A stretch of 11,183 nt of DNA from Acidobacteriota bacterium (lineage in GTDB: Bacteria; Acidobacteriota; Vicinamibacteria; Vicinamibacterales; CAVVIG01), in assembly GCA_046734915.1 (NCBI GenBank), contig JBKPSC010000194.1, forward strand, positions 1-11,183, written 5' to 3'. The stretch's first letter is position 1. Every line of letters starts with the position of its first letter. The translations under genes and the position numbers were made by a program. This document shows, piece by piece, positions 1 to 7,085 of this stretch. The notes under the pieces are model-generated. The model had not been told where the DNA came from. It ran no database searches and worked only from the letters and a program-made list of their open reading frames with translations.

Positions 1-42
1 CGTCTGCGCCGAGCACGTCCTCGAGGGCGACGACCCGGTTCG

Positions 43-414
43 TCAGATCGGCAAGGGCCATCCGAAGAAGAGCCGCGCGCCGAGGATCGTGAAGTTGATC
101 TGGACGCCTCCCGAAGGACCTGCGGTGCCGACAAGGGCATACGTGTCGAAGCTGCCGGTCGTGAAGCTGTCGTGGTCGGTCCATCGCCTGAAGTCGTCGG
201 ACTCGAAGATGCGGACCGGCGCACCGAGGTTGATGACTACGGGAACCTCGTTCGACGGAGGTTCGCGCCGATAGAACGGCGTCGCCGTGTGTTCGAACCA
301 GCCGACGTACTCGCGGACGTAGGCGCGCAAGGCGGGCGGAGGCGCGGCAATGGTCATCTCCCACTGGCCGAGAGCCGAGTCGTGGCGGAGAGTGGTGTGT
401 GCGCCAGCCGGCAC
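43..414 (-). CDS. AraC-family regulator, N-terminal ligand-binding/dimerisation-like domain (DUF6597-type). Likely truncated by a frameshift near nt 45-60; the continuation runs in another frame to the window edge.
   Basis: The 123-aa ORF shows the typical DUF6597 pattern (…EVPVVINLGAPVRIF…GVQINFTILGARLFFGWP). The ORF stops at TGA 43-45. In the +1 frame, the ATG at 60-58 opens MALADLTNRVVALEDVLGAD…, which reads like the usual continuation (L.eL.drvv.LedvlG) of such regulators and runs off the window. No helix-turn-helix domain is visible in-window. Confidence 0.5.
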   Translation of the reverse strand: MPAGAHTTLRHDSALGQWEMTIAAPPPALRAYVREYVGWFEHTATPFYRREPPSNEVPVVINLGAPVRIFESDDFRRWTDHDSFTTGSFDTYALVGTAGPSGGVQINFTILGARLFFGWPLPI

Positions 415-493
415 GCGCCGATCGTAGACGCGCCGTGAAGTCGGAGCAAGCGCCCGTAATGAGTCGGCGCGATGCTAAGCTGGCGGCCACACA

Positions 494-1009
494 ATGCGGC
501 CGGTGGTTCGCCTGGCTCGTCGCCGCGCTGCTCTTGCCCTGTTGCTCACAACCGCGGTCGCGCCGGCCTGGGCCGGGTGGTCGAACCCGGCCGCCAGATC
601 GAGTGTACAACCTGCACCGCTTTACGACCTCGAGCGCGACGAGCGGCTCGGCGGTCACACGATTGAGCGCCACGTCGGCCGCAGCGATCGCGAGCTGGCC
701 GACCGGCTCAGACGCGAGCCGTAGATCGGCGCGGCGTCGAGCTATGCCGATCTGGAGACGGCGCAGCGGGTCGTCGGTGACGCAGTGACTCGATCACGCA
801 CGCGAATCGACAGTTGGGTTCGCCGTACAGGATCGCGACCAAACCTGGCGCTCGAGTACGAGGAGGCTGCCGGCCGGCCCATCGGGCGCTCCCTCGCTCG
901 CGGAACGCGCGTGGCGGTCGTCTGCACACGGGCGCTCATCGTGCTGCGGTGGAACGATCGGCAGCAACGTTGGTACGTGCTGACGTCCTATCCGGAGCCG
1001 CCACGGTGA
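494..1009 (+). pseudogene. Secreted bacterial RNase A-like toxin (CdiA-CT RNase A family, PF18431-like) with a signal peptide, interrupted by an in-frame TAG at 722-724.
   Basis: ORFs 494..724 and 785..1009 are in the same frame, separated only by TAG 722-724. The read-through product would be ~171 aa. The N-terminus has a signal peptide: a basic n-region (RPVVRLARRRAA), a hydrophobic core (LALLLTTAVAPAWA) and an A-W-A cleavage-type site. Family motifs present are GGHTIERHVGRSDRELADRLRREP, then IGAASSYADLETAQRVV, then …WV…IGRSLARG…ALIVLRWNDRQQRWYVLTSYPE (the typical vLTaYP C-terminus). TAG is a genuine stop elsewhere in this window (the DUF5916, CHRD and activator genes all end with TAG). Confidence 0.6.
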
Positions 1010-1362
1010 AGCGGAACCGGAAACCACGCCGCTCGCTGACACGGCGGTCGCCGAGTAACGCGAGTATCAACGCGACGGCCGTCAACGCCTCGGCGCTGCC
1101 GCATCTGAGCGCGTTCCTTTCAAGCTATCTTCACCAGGACTTTTTCCTCGACCATCCGACGCCAGGCGCCGCGCTGCGAGCCTATCTCGACGAGTCGAGC
1201 TACGCCGAGCGCCGGGCGCTGCAGCGCGACTGGTCGCGCTTCCTCGAAGCGACCCACGGATGGGCCTGGCGGGACGTGCGACGCGCATTCGCCGATCTCG
1301 GCGGTGCCTGGCTGCCGGCGTCTCGAGCGGCGCTGGCCGATCTGTTCTCGGCCATCAACTGA
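1006..1362 (+). CDS. Hypothetical protein; positional candidate for the immunity/inhibitor protein of the upstream RNase toxin.
   Basis: A GTG start at 1006 overlaps the toxin TGA stop (GTGA, 1006-1009), and a GGAG at 994-997 sits 8 nt upstream, which is classic translational coupling. The C-terminal ~85 aa are non-repetitive and protein-like (LPHLSAFLSSYLHQDFFLDHPTPGAALRAYLDESSYAERRALQRDWSRFLEATHGWAWRDVRRAFADLGGAWLPASRAALADLFSAIN). The N-terminal ~30 aa are basic and low-complexity, so the true start is uncertain. The six-frame track extends this frame to an ATG at 814, but that would overlap the toxin by ~195 nt. The stop is TGA 1360-1362. Confidence 0.45.
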   Translation: MKRNRKPRRSLTRRSPSNASINATAVNASALPHLSAFLSSYLHQDFFLDHPTPGAALRAYLDESSYAERRALQRDWSRFLEATHGWAWRDVRRAFADLGGAWLPASRAALADLFSAIN

Positions 1363-4225
1363 CTGCAGTATCGAGGCGGGTGCCGTCGCCGATCGGCGCG
1401 ACGGCAACGGCTTCCTCCGAGGCGTGGATGGGCAGGCGCACGACGAACTCCGATCCGCAGCCCGGACCGTCGCTTCGCGCTTCGACTTCGCCACCGTGGA
1501 GAACGACGAACCGGCGGACGAGCGCCAGGCCAAGGCCAAGGCCGCCCGTGCCACGATCGAGCGTCTGTGTTCCTTGGCTGAACTCGTCGAAGACCTTGCT
1601 CAACAACTGCTCGCTCATCCCGACGCCGGTATCGCGGACGTGAATCGCGGCGCGGTGCGACGTACTCTCGATCTCCATCCTGAGGGACACAGCGCCACCG
1701 CTCGGCGTGAACTTCTGCGCGTTGTGCAGCAGGTTGCCGACGACCTGCGCGAGCCGCGTGCGATCCCCTTCCACTCGCACCGCCTGTGACAGCAGCTGGA
1801 CCTCGAACTCGATGCCGCGCTCCTCGAACGACGGCCGCAGATCGATCGCCGTCTCGCGAACGACGGCCACGAGATCGATGACCTCTTGTTCGAGCGACAG
1901 TTTGCCGCGCGACAGACGCGACACGTCCAGCAGATCGTCGACGAGACGGACGATATGGGCCAGCTGACGTCCGATAATCTCGCGCGCTGCGGCCTGAGTT
2001 GCGCTGCTGGCCTGAGCGATCTCCAGAATATGGACGGCGTTCTGGATCGGCGCCAGCGGGTTCCGTAGCTCGTGCGCGAGCATCGCCAGGAATTCGTCCT
2101 TCCGCCGGCCTTCTTCGAGCAGCTCACCCTCCGCCACCTTCCGATCGTGAATGTCGACGTAGGTCCCCACACGCTGCAGGATGCGACCATCGTCGCCCGC
2201 GATGGCCACACCGCGGCTCAGGAACCAGCGGTAGGTGCCGTCGCGGCCCCGTAGACGGAATTCGGTTTCGAAGACGGCCCCCGCTTCTGACTCGAACCAC
2301 TCCCGGCGAGCGCTCTCACGATCGTCCGGGTGCACCGGCTCCAGCGCGGCGTCCGTTGCGTCCTCGGCTGGTGTCGGCAGACCCGTGTAATCGGCCCATC
2401 GCGGGCTGAGATACTGCACGCCTCCGGGCTCGGTCACCCACACGATGACCGGGCCCGACTCGGCCAGCGTTCTGAATCGGGCCTCGCTTGCCCGCAGCGC
2501 CTGTTCGGTGCGCTTCTGCTCGGTGACGTCTTCCGCGATGACGCCGACGCCGACGACTGCGTCTCCGATGCTGACCGGAAACCAGTTCTCGCGCCACTCG
2601 CGCCGATCACCCGGTGTCGCCGGCGTTTCTCCGGTGACTTCCACCCCGAGTAGCGGCACACCTGTATCGACGATGCGCCGCAGGTCGGCCATGATGTCGG
2701 ACATGTTCTCGATGCCCGGGAGCAGATCCGGCGGTGTCTTGCCGATGTGCGCGGCGACTGGCAGCCCGTTGATTGAGGCCAGGCGCTCGTTGATCCGCTG
2801 AAAACGCAACTCTCGATCGAGAAAGGCGAGACCGACCGGCGCGCCTTGGAACACCGCATCGAGCTGGGCGTCGGCTCGCGCCAAGGCGTCGGCCGCCAGC
2901 GTGTAGTCGTGGACATCGATGATCGAGCCGACGTAACCGACCGACTTGCCATTCTCGTCCAGTTGAGGCCGCCCGACGTTCATCACCCAGCGGTAACTGC
3001 CATCAGCCGTGCGAATCCGGTAGCGATGCCGAACGAGGGAGCCTTCCTGCATCGCCGCGGCCACACGTTCGCGGGCGCGCTCGCGGTCGTCGGGGTGTAT
3101 CGCCTCCAGCCACTTGAAGTCCAGGCCAGCGCCTTCAGCGAGTCCGGTGAGCTCGTACCAACCGCGGCTCATGAAGGTCCGACGGCCGTCGAGACCGGAC
3201 GCCCATAACATGGCCGGCGCGGTGTCGGCGAACTGCCGGACGCGTGCATCCTGGTCCCGTGCCCGTAGCTCGGCGATCGAGTCTTCGCGCTCGCGCAGGG
3301 CCGCCGCAAAGCACAGAAAACACATCGTCCCGACGCTGACCAACGTTTGGACCACCATCGGCGCGTCGCCCGAGCCGCTGAAGTCGCCAAGGGGTCCGTA
3401 GCCTTCGATCGTTCCACGGATCGTTATCGCGGCCGTCGTGATGAGGCCAACCATGATGCCCTGCGTGCCGAATTTGAACGTGATCCACAGGAGGTATGGC
3501 AGCAGGTAGAACGACGGCCGGTACGGACTGCGAGGGTGCCAGTAGACCGCCCAGACGACGACCAGCAGCGACAGTTGGGCCAGCACCGCTTCGACGGCAC
3601 GCCGGCCGTGCAGCGTGCGCGTCAGGGCCTGCCACTCGTACCGCGGCGTCAAGAGCGGTGGCGCGACGACGAGGACGCCGACGATGTCGGCAACCCACCA
3701 CGTGCGCCACGCGGCCAGAAGCGATCCGCCGTAGTACGACGTTGCCAGCCACGATCCGAGCAAGCCGCCCGGCACGGCGGTCACCAGGGCCGCGACAGTG
3801 ATGAACCGCACGACGTGGGCGACGCGCCCAAGATGAGGCACGCCGCCGAGGGCCCGAAGCAGCGAGGCCCCCGTCAGAGCTTCGACCGTGTTGACCAGTG
3901 CGAAGCCGAATGCAGGCAGCCACGCGCGGGAGGCGACCACGACGTCGGTGCCGACGTTGCCGACGATTGCCCCCGCAACGAGGAAGGGCCAGAGCGATCG
4001 GTCGAGGCGAACCAGCGCCGCGAGGTAGAGCCCGCTTGGCACCCAGACCGTCGCGAAATCACTGGTCCCGACTGACAGCCAGCGGCTGGCCAGCACGCAG
4101 AGACCGTAAAGCGCGGCGAACGCCGGCACGGTCAGTAAACGACTCGTAACAGTCGATGAGGCGGGCGGGCGCGCCAAGGCGGCGTCGAGCGGTCCGGCTG
4201 CAGTCATTGAGTCCGACCGAGCCAT
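1355..4225 (-). CDS. Sensor histidine kinase: N-terminal MASE1-like multi-pass membrane domain, three PAS domains, HisKA and HATPase_c. No receiver domain.
   Basis: HisKA H-box EFLAMLAHELRNPLAP. HATPase_c motifs HNAQKFTPSGG…VRDTGVGMSEQLLSKVFDEF…GTGGLGLGLALVRRFVVLHGGEV. Three PAS-like blocks (e.g. FADTAPAMLWASGLDGRRTFMSRGWYELTG…HPDDRE…YRIRTADGSYRWV; VIVWVTEPGGVQYLSPRWADYTG…HPDD…FRLRGRDGTYRWF). A ~290-aa hydrophobic N-terminus is typical of MASE1. The start is chosen at the ATG at 4225 (MARSDSMTAAG…) because the six-frame ORF's further extension to 4456 overlaps the divergent 2TM gene. Confidence 0.85.
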   Translation of the reverse strand: MARSDSMTAAGPLDAALARPPASSTVTSRLLTVPAFAALYGLCVLASRWLSVGTSDFATVWVPSGLYLAALVRLDRSLWPFLVAGAIVGNVGTDVVVASRAWLPAFGFALVNTVEALTGASLLRALGGVPHLGRVAHVVRFITVAALVTAVPGGLLGSWLATSYYGGSLLAAWRTWWVADIVGVLVVAPPLLTPRYEWQALTRTLHGRRAVEAVLAQLSLLVVVWAVYWHPRSPYRPSFYLLPYLLWITFKFGTQGIMVGLITTAAITIRGTIEGYGPLGDFSGSGDAPMVVQTLVSVGTMCFLCFAAALREREDSIAELRARDQDARVRQFADTAPAMLWASGLDGRRTFMSRGWYELTGLAEGAGLDFKWLEAIHPDDRERARERVAAAMQEGSLVRHRYRIRTADGSYRWVMNVGRPQLDENGKSVGYVGSIIDVHDYTLAADALARADAQLDAVFQGAPVGLAFLDRELRFQRINERLASINGLPVAAHIGKTPPDLLPGIENMSDIMADLRRIVDTGVPLLGVEVTGETPATPGDRREWRENWFPVSIGDAVVGVGVIAEDVTEQKRTEQALRASEARFRTLAESGPVIVWVTEPGGVQYLSPRWADYTGLPTPAEDATDAALEPVHPDDRESARREWFESEAGAVFETEFRLRGRDGTYRWFLSRGVAIAGDDGRILQRVGTYVDIHDRKVAEGELLEEGRRKDEFLAMLAHELRNPLAPIQNAVHILEIAQASSATQAAAREIIGRQLAHIVRLVDDLLDVSRLSRGKLSLEQEVIDLVAVVRETAIDLRPSFEERGIEFEVQLLSQAVRVEGDRTRLAQVVGNLLHNAQKFTPSGGAVSLRMEIESTSHRAAIHVRDTGVGMSEQLLSKVFDEFSQGTQTLDRGTGGLGLGLALVRRFVVLHGGEVEARSDGPGCGSEFVVRLPIHASEEAVAVAPIGDGTRLDTAVS

Positions 4226-4351
4226 GCTCGGCCGTTGTTCTGCCCAGCTTACAACCGCTGCCGCAAAGGATGACGGCAAATCTGAGCTCAGCAGTAGATG
4301 AGTTTGAACTTTCCAGTGAAGCCCACGTCGAATGCGGCTGAGGAGTGACCA

Positions 4352-4573
4352 ATGAGAACGCTGCGTGCCTTGTCGTTTCTTTTCAAGGGACCTTTGATTC
4401 TGGCTTTCCTCTTCCTCATCAACCTGATGACCTCGCCCGGTCACTGGTGGGTCCAATGGGCGGCCCTTGGCATCGGCATCGCCTGGGTTCTCAGCCTCGC
4501 TCGCGTCATCCGCGCCGTCGTTCTGGCTGGCGGGCTGGCGGCCCTTGGCGTCTATCTCGCCAAACGTTCGTAA
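4352..4573 (+). CDS. Small (73 aa) two-helix membrane protein, 2TM-domain-like.
   Basis: A strong SD site (GGAG 4341-4344, 7 nt before the ATG at 4352). Two predicted TM helices (LILAFLFLINLM; WAALGIGIAWVLSLARVI…VVLAGGLAALGVYL) with a W-rich GHWWVQW linker as seen in 2TM proteins. TAA stop. Confidence 0.6.
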   Translation: MRTLRALSFLFKGPLILAFLFLINLMTSPGHWWVQWAALGIGIAWVLSLARVIRAVVLAGGLAALGVYLAKRS

Positions 4574-4583
4574 CTCTGCCGGC

Positions 4584-6878
4584 CTACCAGCGGAACAGAC
4601 GCGTCATCTTCACCACCAGCGAACGGCTCTCGACCTCCGGAAATCCCGAGGTGAGAGTCGTTCGCCCGTCGCTGTACACCACGAACAATTCGCTGCCCGG
4701 CTGATACTCCCAGCGAAGCCGCGCGTTGGTGCTGACGGTGGCGATCCGCGACTGGTACTGCACGAGAGCCGACACGAACATCCGCGGCGAGAGAGTGAAG
4801 GTGGCGCGGCTGCTCAGAAGATTCGTGTCGTCCTGGCCCCATGGCACGTCTACCCGGTTCCACGACAGTGTCGGCTCGGCGTAGAACCGTCGGGTGAATT
4901 CGAGCCGTCCGCGCCACGTCACCTCGATCAGCGTGCCGTCGTAGAATCCGCTCCGCCCGGCGGTGATGCTGCCCGAGATGGGCCGCTGTGATCCGAGCGT
5001 GTACGTGCCCCTGACCTGCGCGAAGTCGTACTCGCCGGGCGGCACGAACAGCTGCCTGCCCACTTCGAATCGGCTGGTCAGCCGCTCGTAGTTGCGGCTG
5101 ACATCCACACTCCAGATGTCGCTGTTGTTCAACTCCATCTGATACGTGCCCTGGGCCTCTTTCGACTCGGGGCGGTTGTGGGTGTCGGTGATGTAGTCGA
5201 CGCTGCCGATGTAATACAGCTTGCGGACGCCGCGCCACTGAGGACGTGGACTGAAGCGCGCCTGACCGTACGACCGGCGGAACGCGGTGCGGCGCAGGAA
5301 TCCGACCTCGGGGTTGAAGTTCGGTTCGACCGTGAGATGTTCGGCCTGCACGCCGTAGCGATCGGCGTTCCAGTCGAATCGCCCGCGGTAGCTCCCGTCA
5401 TCGGTCTCACGCCCCGCCGTACGGGTCCGGGCGGCGTAGCCCGCGATGCTGATCTCGTTGGTGGGGTTCACCACCGTGTCGAGGCCATAGGCGAGGTTGT
5501 CGCCGGTCGATCGTGCGGGGGTCGAAGCCGCCAGCGGATCGCGGCGGCTGACGAGCATCCCGATCCGGCTTCGCCGCAGGACGTCACGGTTGACGCGCAG
5601 CACGGAGAAGTTCGTCGACGCCGCGCGCGCATCCGTCGACTCCGCGGTTTGAATGTTCAAGGCGCCGAACTGCCAGGGTCCGGTTCGGCCCAGCAGGCGG
5701 CCGCCCGCCCGAATCGGCACCTCGAGGCCGTTGTTCAAGCCGATGCGCCGACTGTAGAAGAGCAGCGGCGTCGTGCTGGTGTTCTGGCCGCTGCCCTGGA
5801 CGCCGCCGCCACCGCCGGTCCCGCCGGTGCCGACCGAGCCGCCGCCAAAGTTGAACGTGTCGGCGCCTTCGAGGAAGAAATCGCGTTTCTCGGGAAACTG
5901 CAGGCTGAATCGCGTCAGGTTCACCTGCTGTTCGTCGTCCTCGACTTGGGCGAAGTCGGTGTTGACCGTGAAGTCGGCGACCAGCGTCTGGCGGACGCCC
6001 CATTTCACGTCCAAGCCGAGGTCGGCATCCGGATCGTTCGATCGCGTCGGCGAAGCGTTGCGATCCGTCAGCATCGAGCCGAGCGCGTACGGCTTGACGT
6101 CGATGTTTCGCAGCTTGCCAGGGACCTCGAGATTGCCGACTGCGGCAGCCACCGACATCTTCGACAGCGCGGGCCGGCCCCATGACGCCAGCACCGGCAC
6201 CAGAAAGCTGACCTCGTTCTTGAAGGCCACGCGACGGCGGAAGTTCATGCCCCAGACGTGACCGTTCTCGCGGAACCGGAACGAGCGAAAGGGATAGCGG
6301 ATTTCGATCGTCCAACCGCCGGCGAATTCCCCGGTCCGGGCGTCCCAGATGCCGTTCCAGTTGTTGTTCGGCTGCTCGTTGGTGATGGACCAATCGAGCA
6401 TGCCGCCCTGCGGGTTGATGGCGAAGCCGTAGCCGTTGTGACGGTCGTAGAACGAGTCGAATGCCACCCCGAAGTGATCGTTGGCGTACAAGTTGTTGGC
6501 GTCCCGTCGCATCTCGGTCGAGAGGCGGTGTCCCGGCTCCGTTTCCCACAGCCTGGCCGACACATACAGCGCGTCATCGTCGTAAAAGAGCCACACCTCA
6601 GTCCGATCGGTGGCCGGCTGGCCCTCGCGGGGCTCCTGTTGGACGAAATCACCAAAGGAGGGGACGCCCTCGTAAAACGCTTCGTCCAGCCGGCCATCGA
6701 GGCTGACGGGGCCAGGTAGCCGCAAGGCGCGAACCGTAATACGGCCCTCCGCGTCGCGGGCAATGACGTCCGGCGGCGCCGGAACGGCGGGTCCTTCGAT
6801 CAACGGATCAACGGAAGGTTGGGCAGAGAGCGGAGTCGATAGAGCGAGCGCGCACAGCGCGAATCCGAGGCACCTCAT
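4584..6878 (-). CDS. CBM9-like / DUF5916 family secreted outer-membrane-type protein.
   Basis: N-terminal signal peptide (MRCLGFALCALALSTPLSA|QP). CBM9-like block (…ITVRALRLPGPVSLDGRLDEAFYEGVPSFGDFVQQEPREGQPATDRTEVWLFYDDDALYVSARLWE…). Long beta-rich body ending in the aromatic C-terminus …MTRLFRW, typical of this family. ATG at 6878 (an alternative TTG at 6881); TAG stop at 4584-4586. Confidence 0.8.
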   Translation of the reverse strand: MRCLGFALCALALSTPLSAQPSVDPLIEGPAVPAPPDVIARDAEGRITVRALRLPGPVSLDGRLDEAFYEGVPSFGDFVQQEPREGQPATDRTEVWLFYDDDALYVSARLWETEPGHRLSTEMRRDANNLYANDHFGVAFDSFYDRHNGYGFAINPQGGMLDWSITNEQPNNNWNGIWDARTGEFAGGWTIEIRYPFRSFRFRENGHVWGMNFRRRVAFKNEVSFLVPVLASWGRPALSKMSVAAAVGNLEVPGKLRNIDVKPYALGSMLTDRNASPTRSNDPDADLGLDVKWGVRQTLVADFTVNTDFAQVEDDEQQVNLTRFSLQFPEKRDFFLEGADTFNFGGGSVGTGGTGGGGGVQGSGQNTSTTPLLFYSRRIGLNNGLEVPIRAGGRLLGRTGPWQFGALNIQTAESTDARAASTNFSVLRVNRDVLRRSRIGMLVSRRDPLAASTPARSTGDNLAYGLDTVVNPTNEISIAGYAARTRTAGRETDDGSYRGRFDWNADRYGVQAEHLTVEPNFNPEVGFLRRTAFRRSYGQARFSPRPQWRGVRKLYYIGSVDYITDTHNRPESKEAQGTYQMELNNSDIWSVDVSRNYERLTSRFEVGRQLFVPPGEYDFAQVRGTYTLGSQRPISGSITAGRSGFYDGTLIEVTWRGRLEFTRRFYAEPTLSWNRVDVPWGQDDTNLLSSRATFTLSPRMFVSALVQYQSRIATVSTNARLRWEYQPGSELFVVYSDGRTTLTSGFPEVESRSLVVKMTRLFRW

Positions 6879-7085
6879 CAACCGACCATTGTAGTTTACG
6901 CACCGGCGTCGGTCTTTCTCGAATCGTAAGCCTGAATCGATCTGGCCGCCGGCGCGAATCCGGTGTATCTAATTGGCGCGCCATTGGTTGGCTGTTGGTC
7001 GCGTACTTGGTCCGGTTCGTGCCTAGCCGCCGGTCGCAACGTGCAGTCTTGTGATTCCTACCCCCAACTGTCGAAAGGAGTCGAT

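Noticed and set aside
399-788. The 129-aa ORF (MRQPARADRRRAV…) and the 64-aa ORF 472..666 overlapping the toxin N-terminus in other frames.
   Set aside because: They are Arg/Ser/Pro-rich with no features, whereas the 494 frame carries a signal peptide plus recognisable RNase-toxin motifs. They are GC-frame artefacts.
814-1005. The upstream extension of the immunity-candidate ORF to an ATG at 814 (182-aa version).
   Set aside because: It would overlap the toxin C-terminal coding region by ~190 nt and encodes Arg-rich, low-complexity text. The GTG at 1006, with its SD site and GTGA stop/start overlap, is the more plausible start. The region is retained only as a remote possibility.
1304-1789. 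The 161-aa plus-strand ORF overlapping the kinase C-terminus, and the many Arg/Pro/Ala-rich ORFs across 1600-4150 (e.g. 3135..3923 -, 3347..4075 +, 1999..2409 +).
   Set aside because: These are antisense or off-frame to a well-supported HisKA/HATPase/PAS/MASE1 gene. Their composition is extremely Arg-rich, typical of spurious open frames in ~68-70% GC DNA, and they carry no recognisable motifs.
1355-4456. The full 1033-aa version of the histidine kinase ORF, starting at 4456.
   Set aside because: The first 77 codons (MDPPVTGRGHQVDEEEES…) are not membrane- or kinase-like. They overlap the SD-supported divergent 2TM gene (4352-4573). The ATG at 4225 gives a sensible MASE1 N-terminus.
4552-6763. 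Large antisense or alternate-frame ORFs across the DUF5916 gene (5178..6185 + 335 aa; 5584..6549 - 321 aa; 4552..5238 - 228 aa; 4467..4991 + 174 aa; 6245..6763 -; 6258..6719 +).
   Set aside because: They all overlap a confident 765-aa gene with a signal peptide, a CBM9-like block and a family-typical C-terminus. The alternates are Arg/Gly-rich with no motifs.
6963-7085. The GTG at 6963 as the start of the CHRD gene (204-aa version).
   Set aside because: It has no SD site, and the extra 41 aa precede a canonical signal peptide that begins at the ATG at 7086, which has GGAG 5 nt upstream. The extension would put the signal peptide in an internal position.
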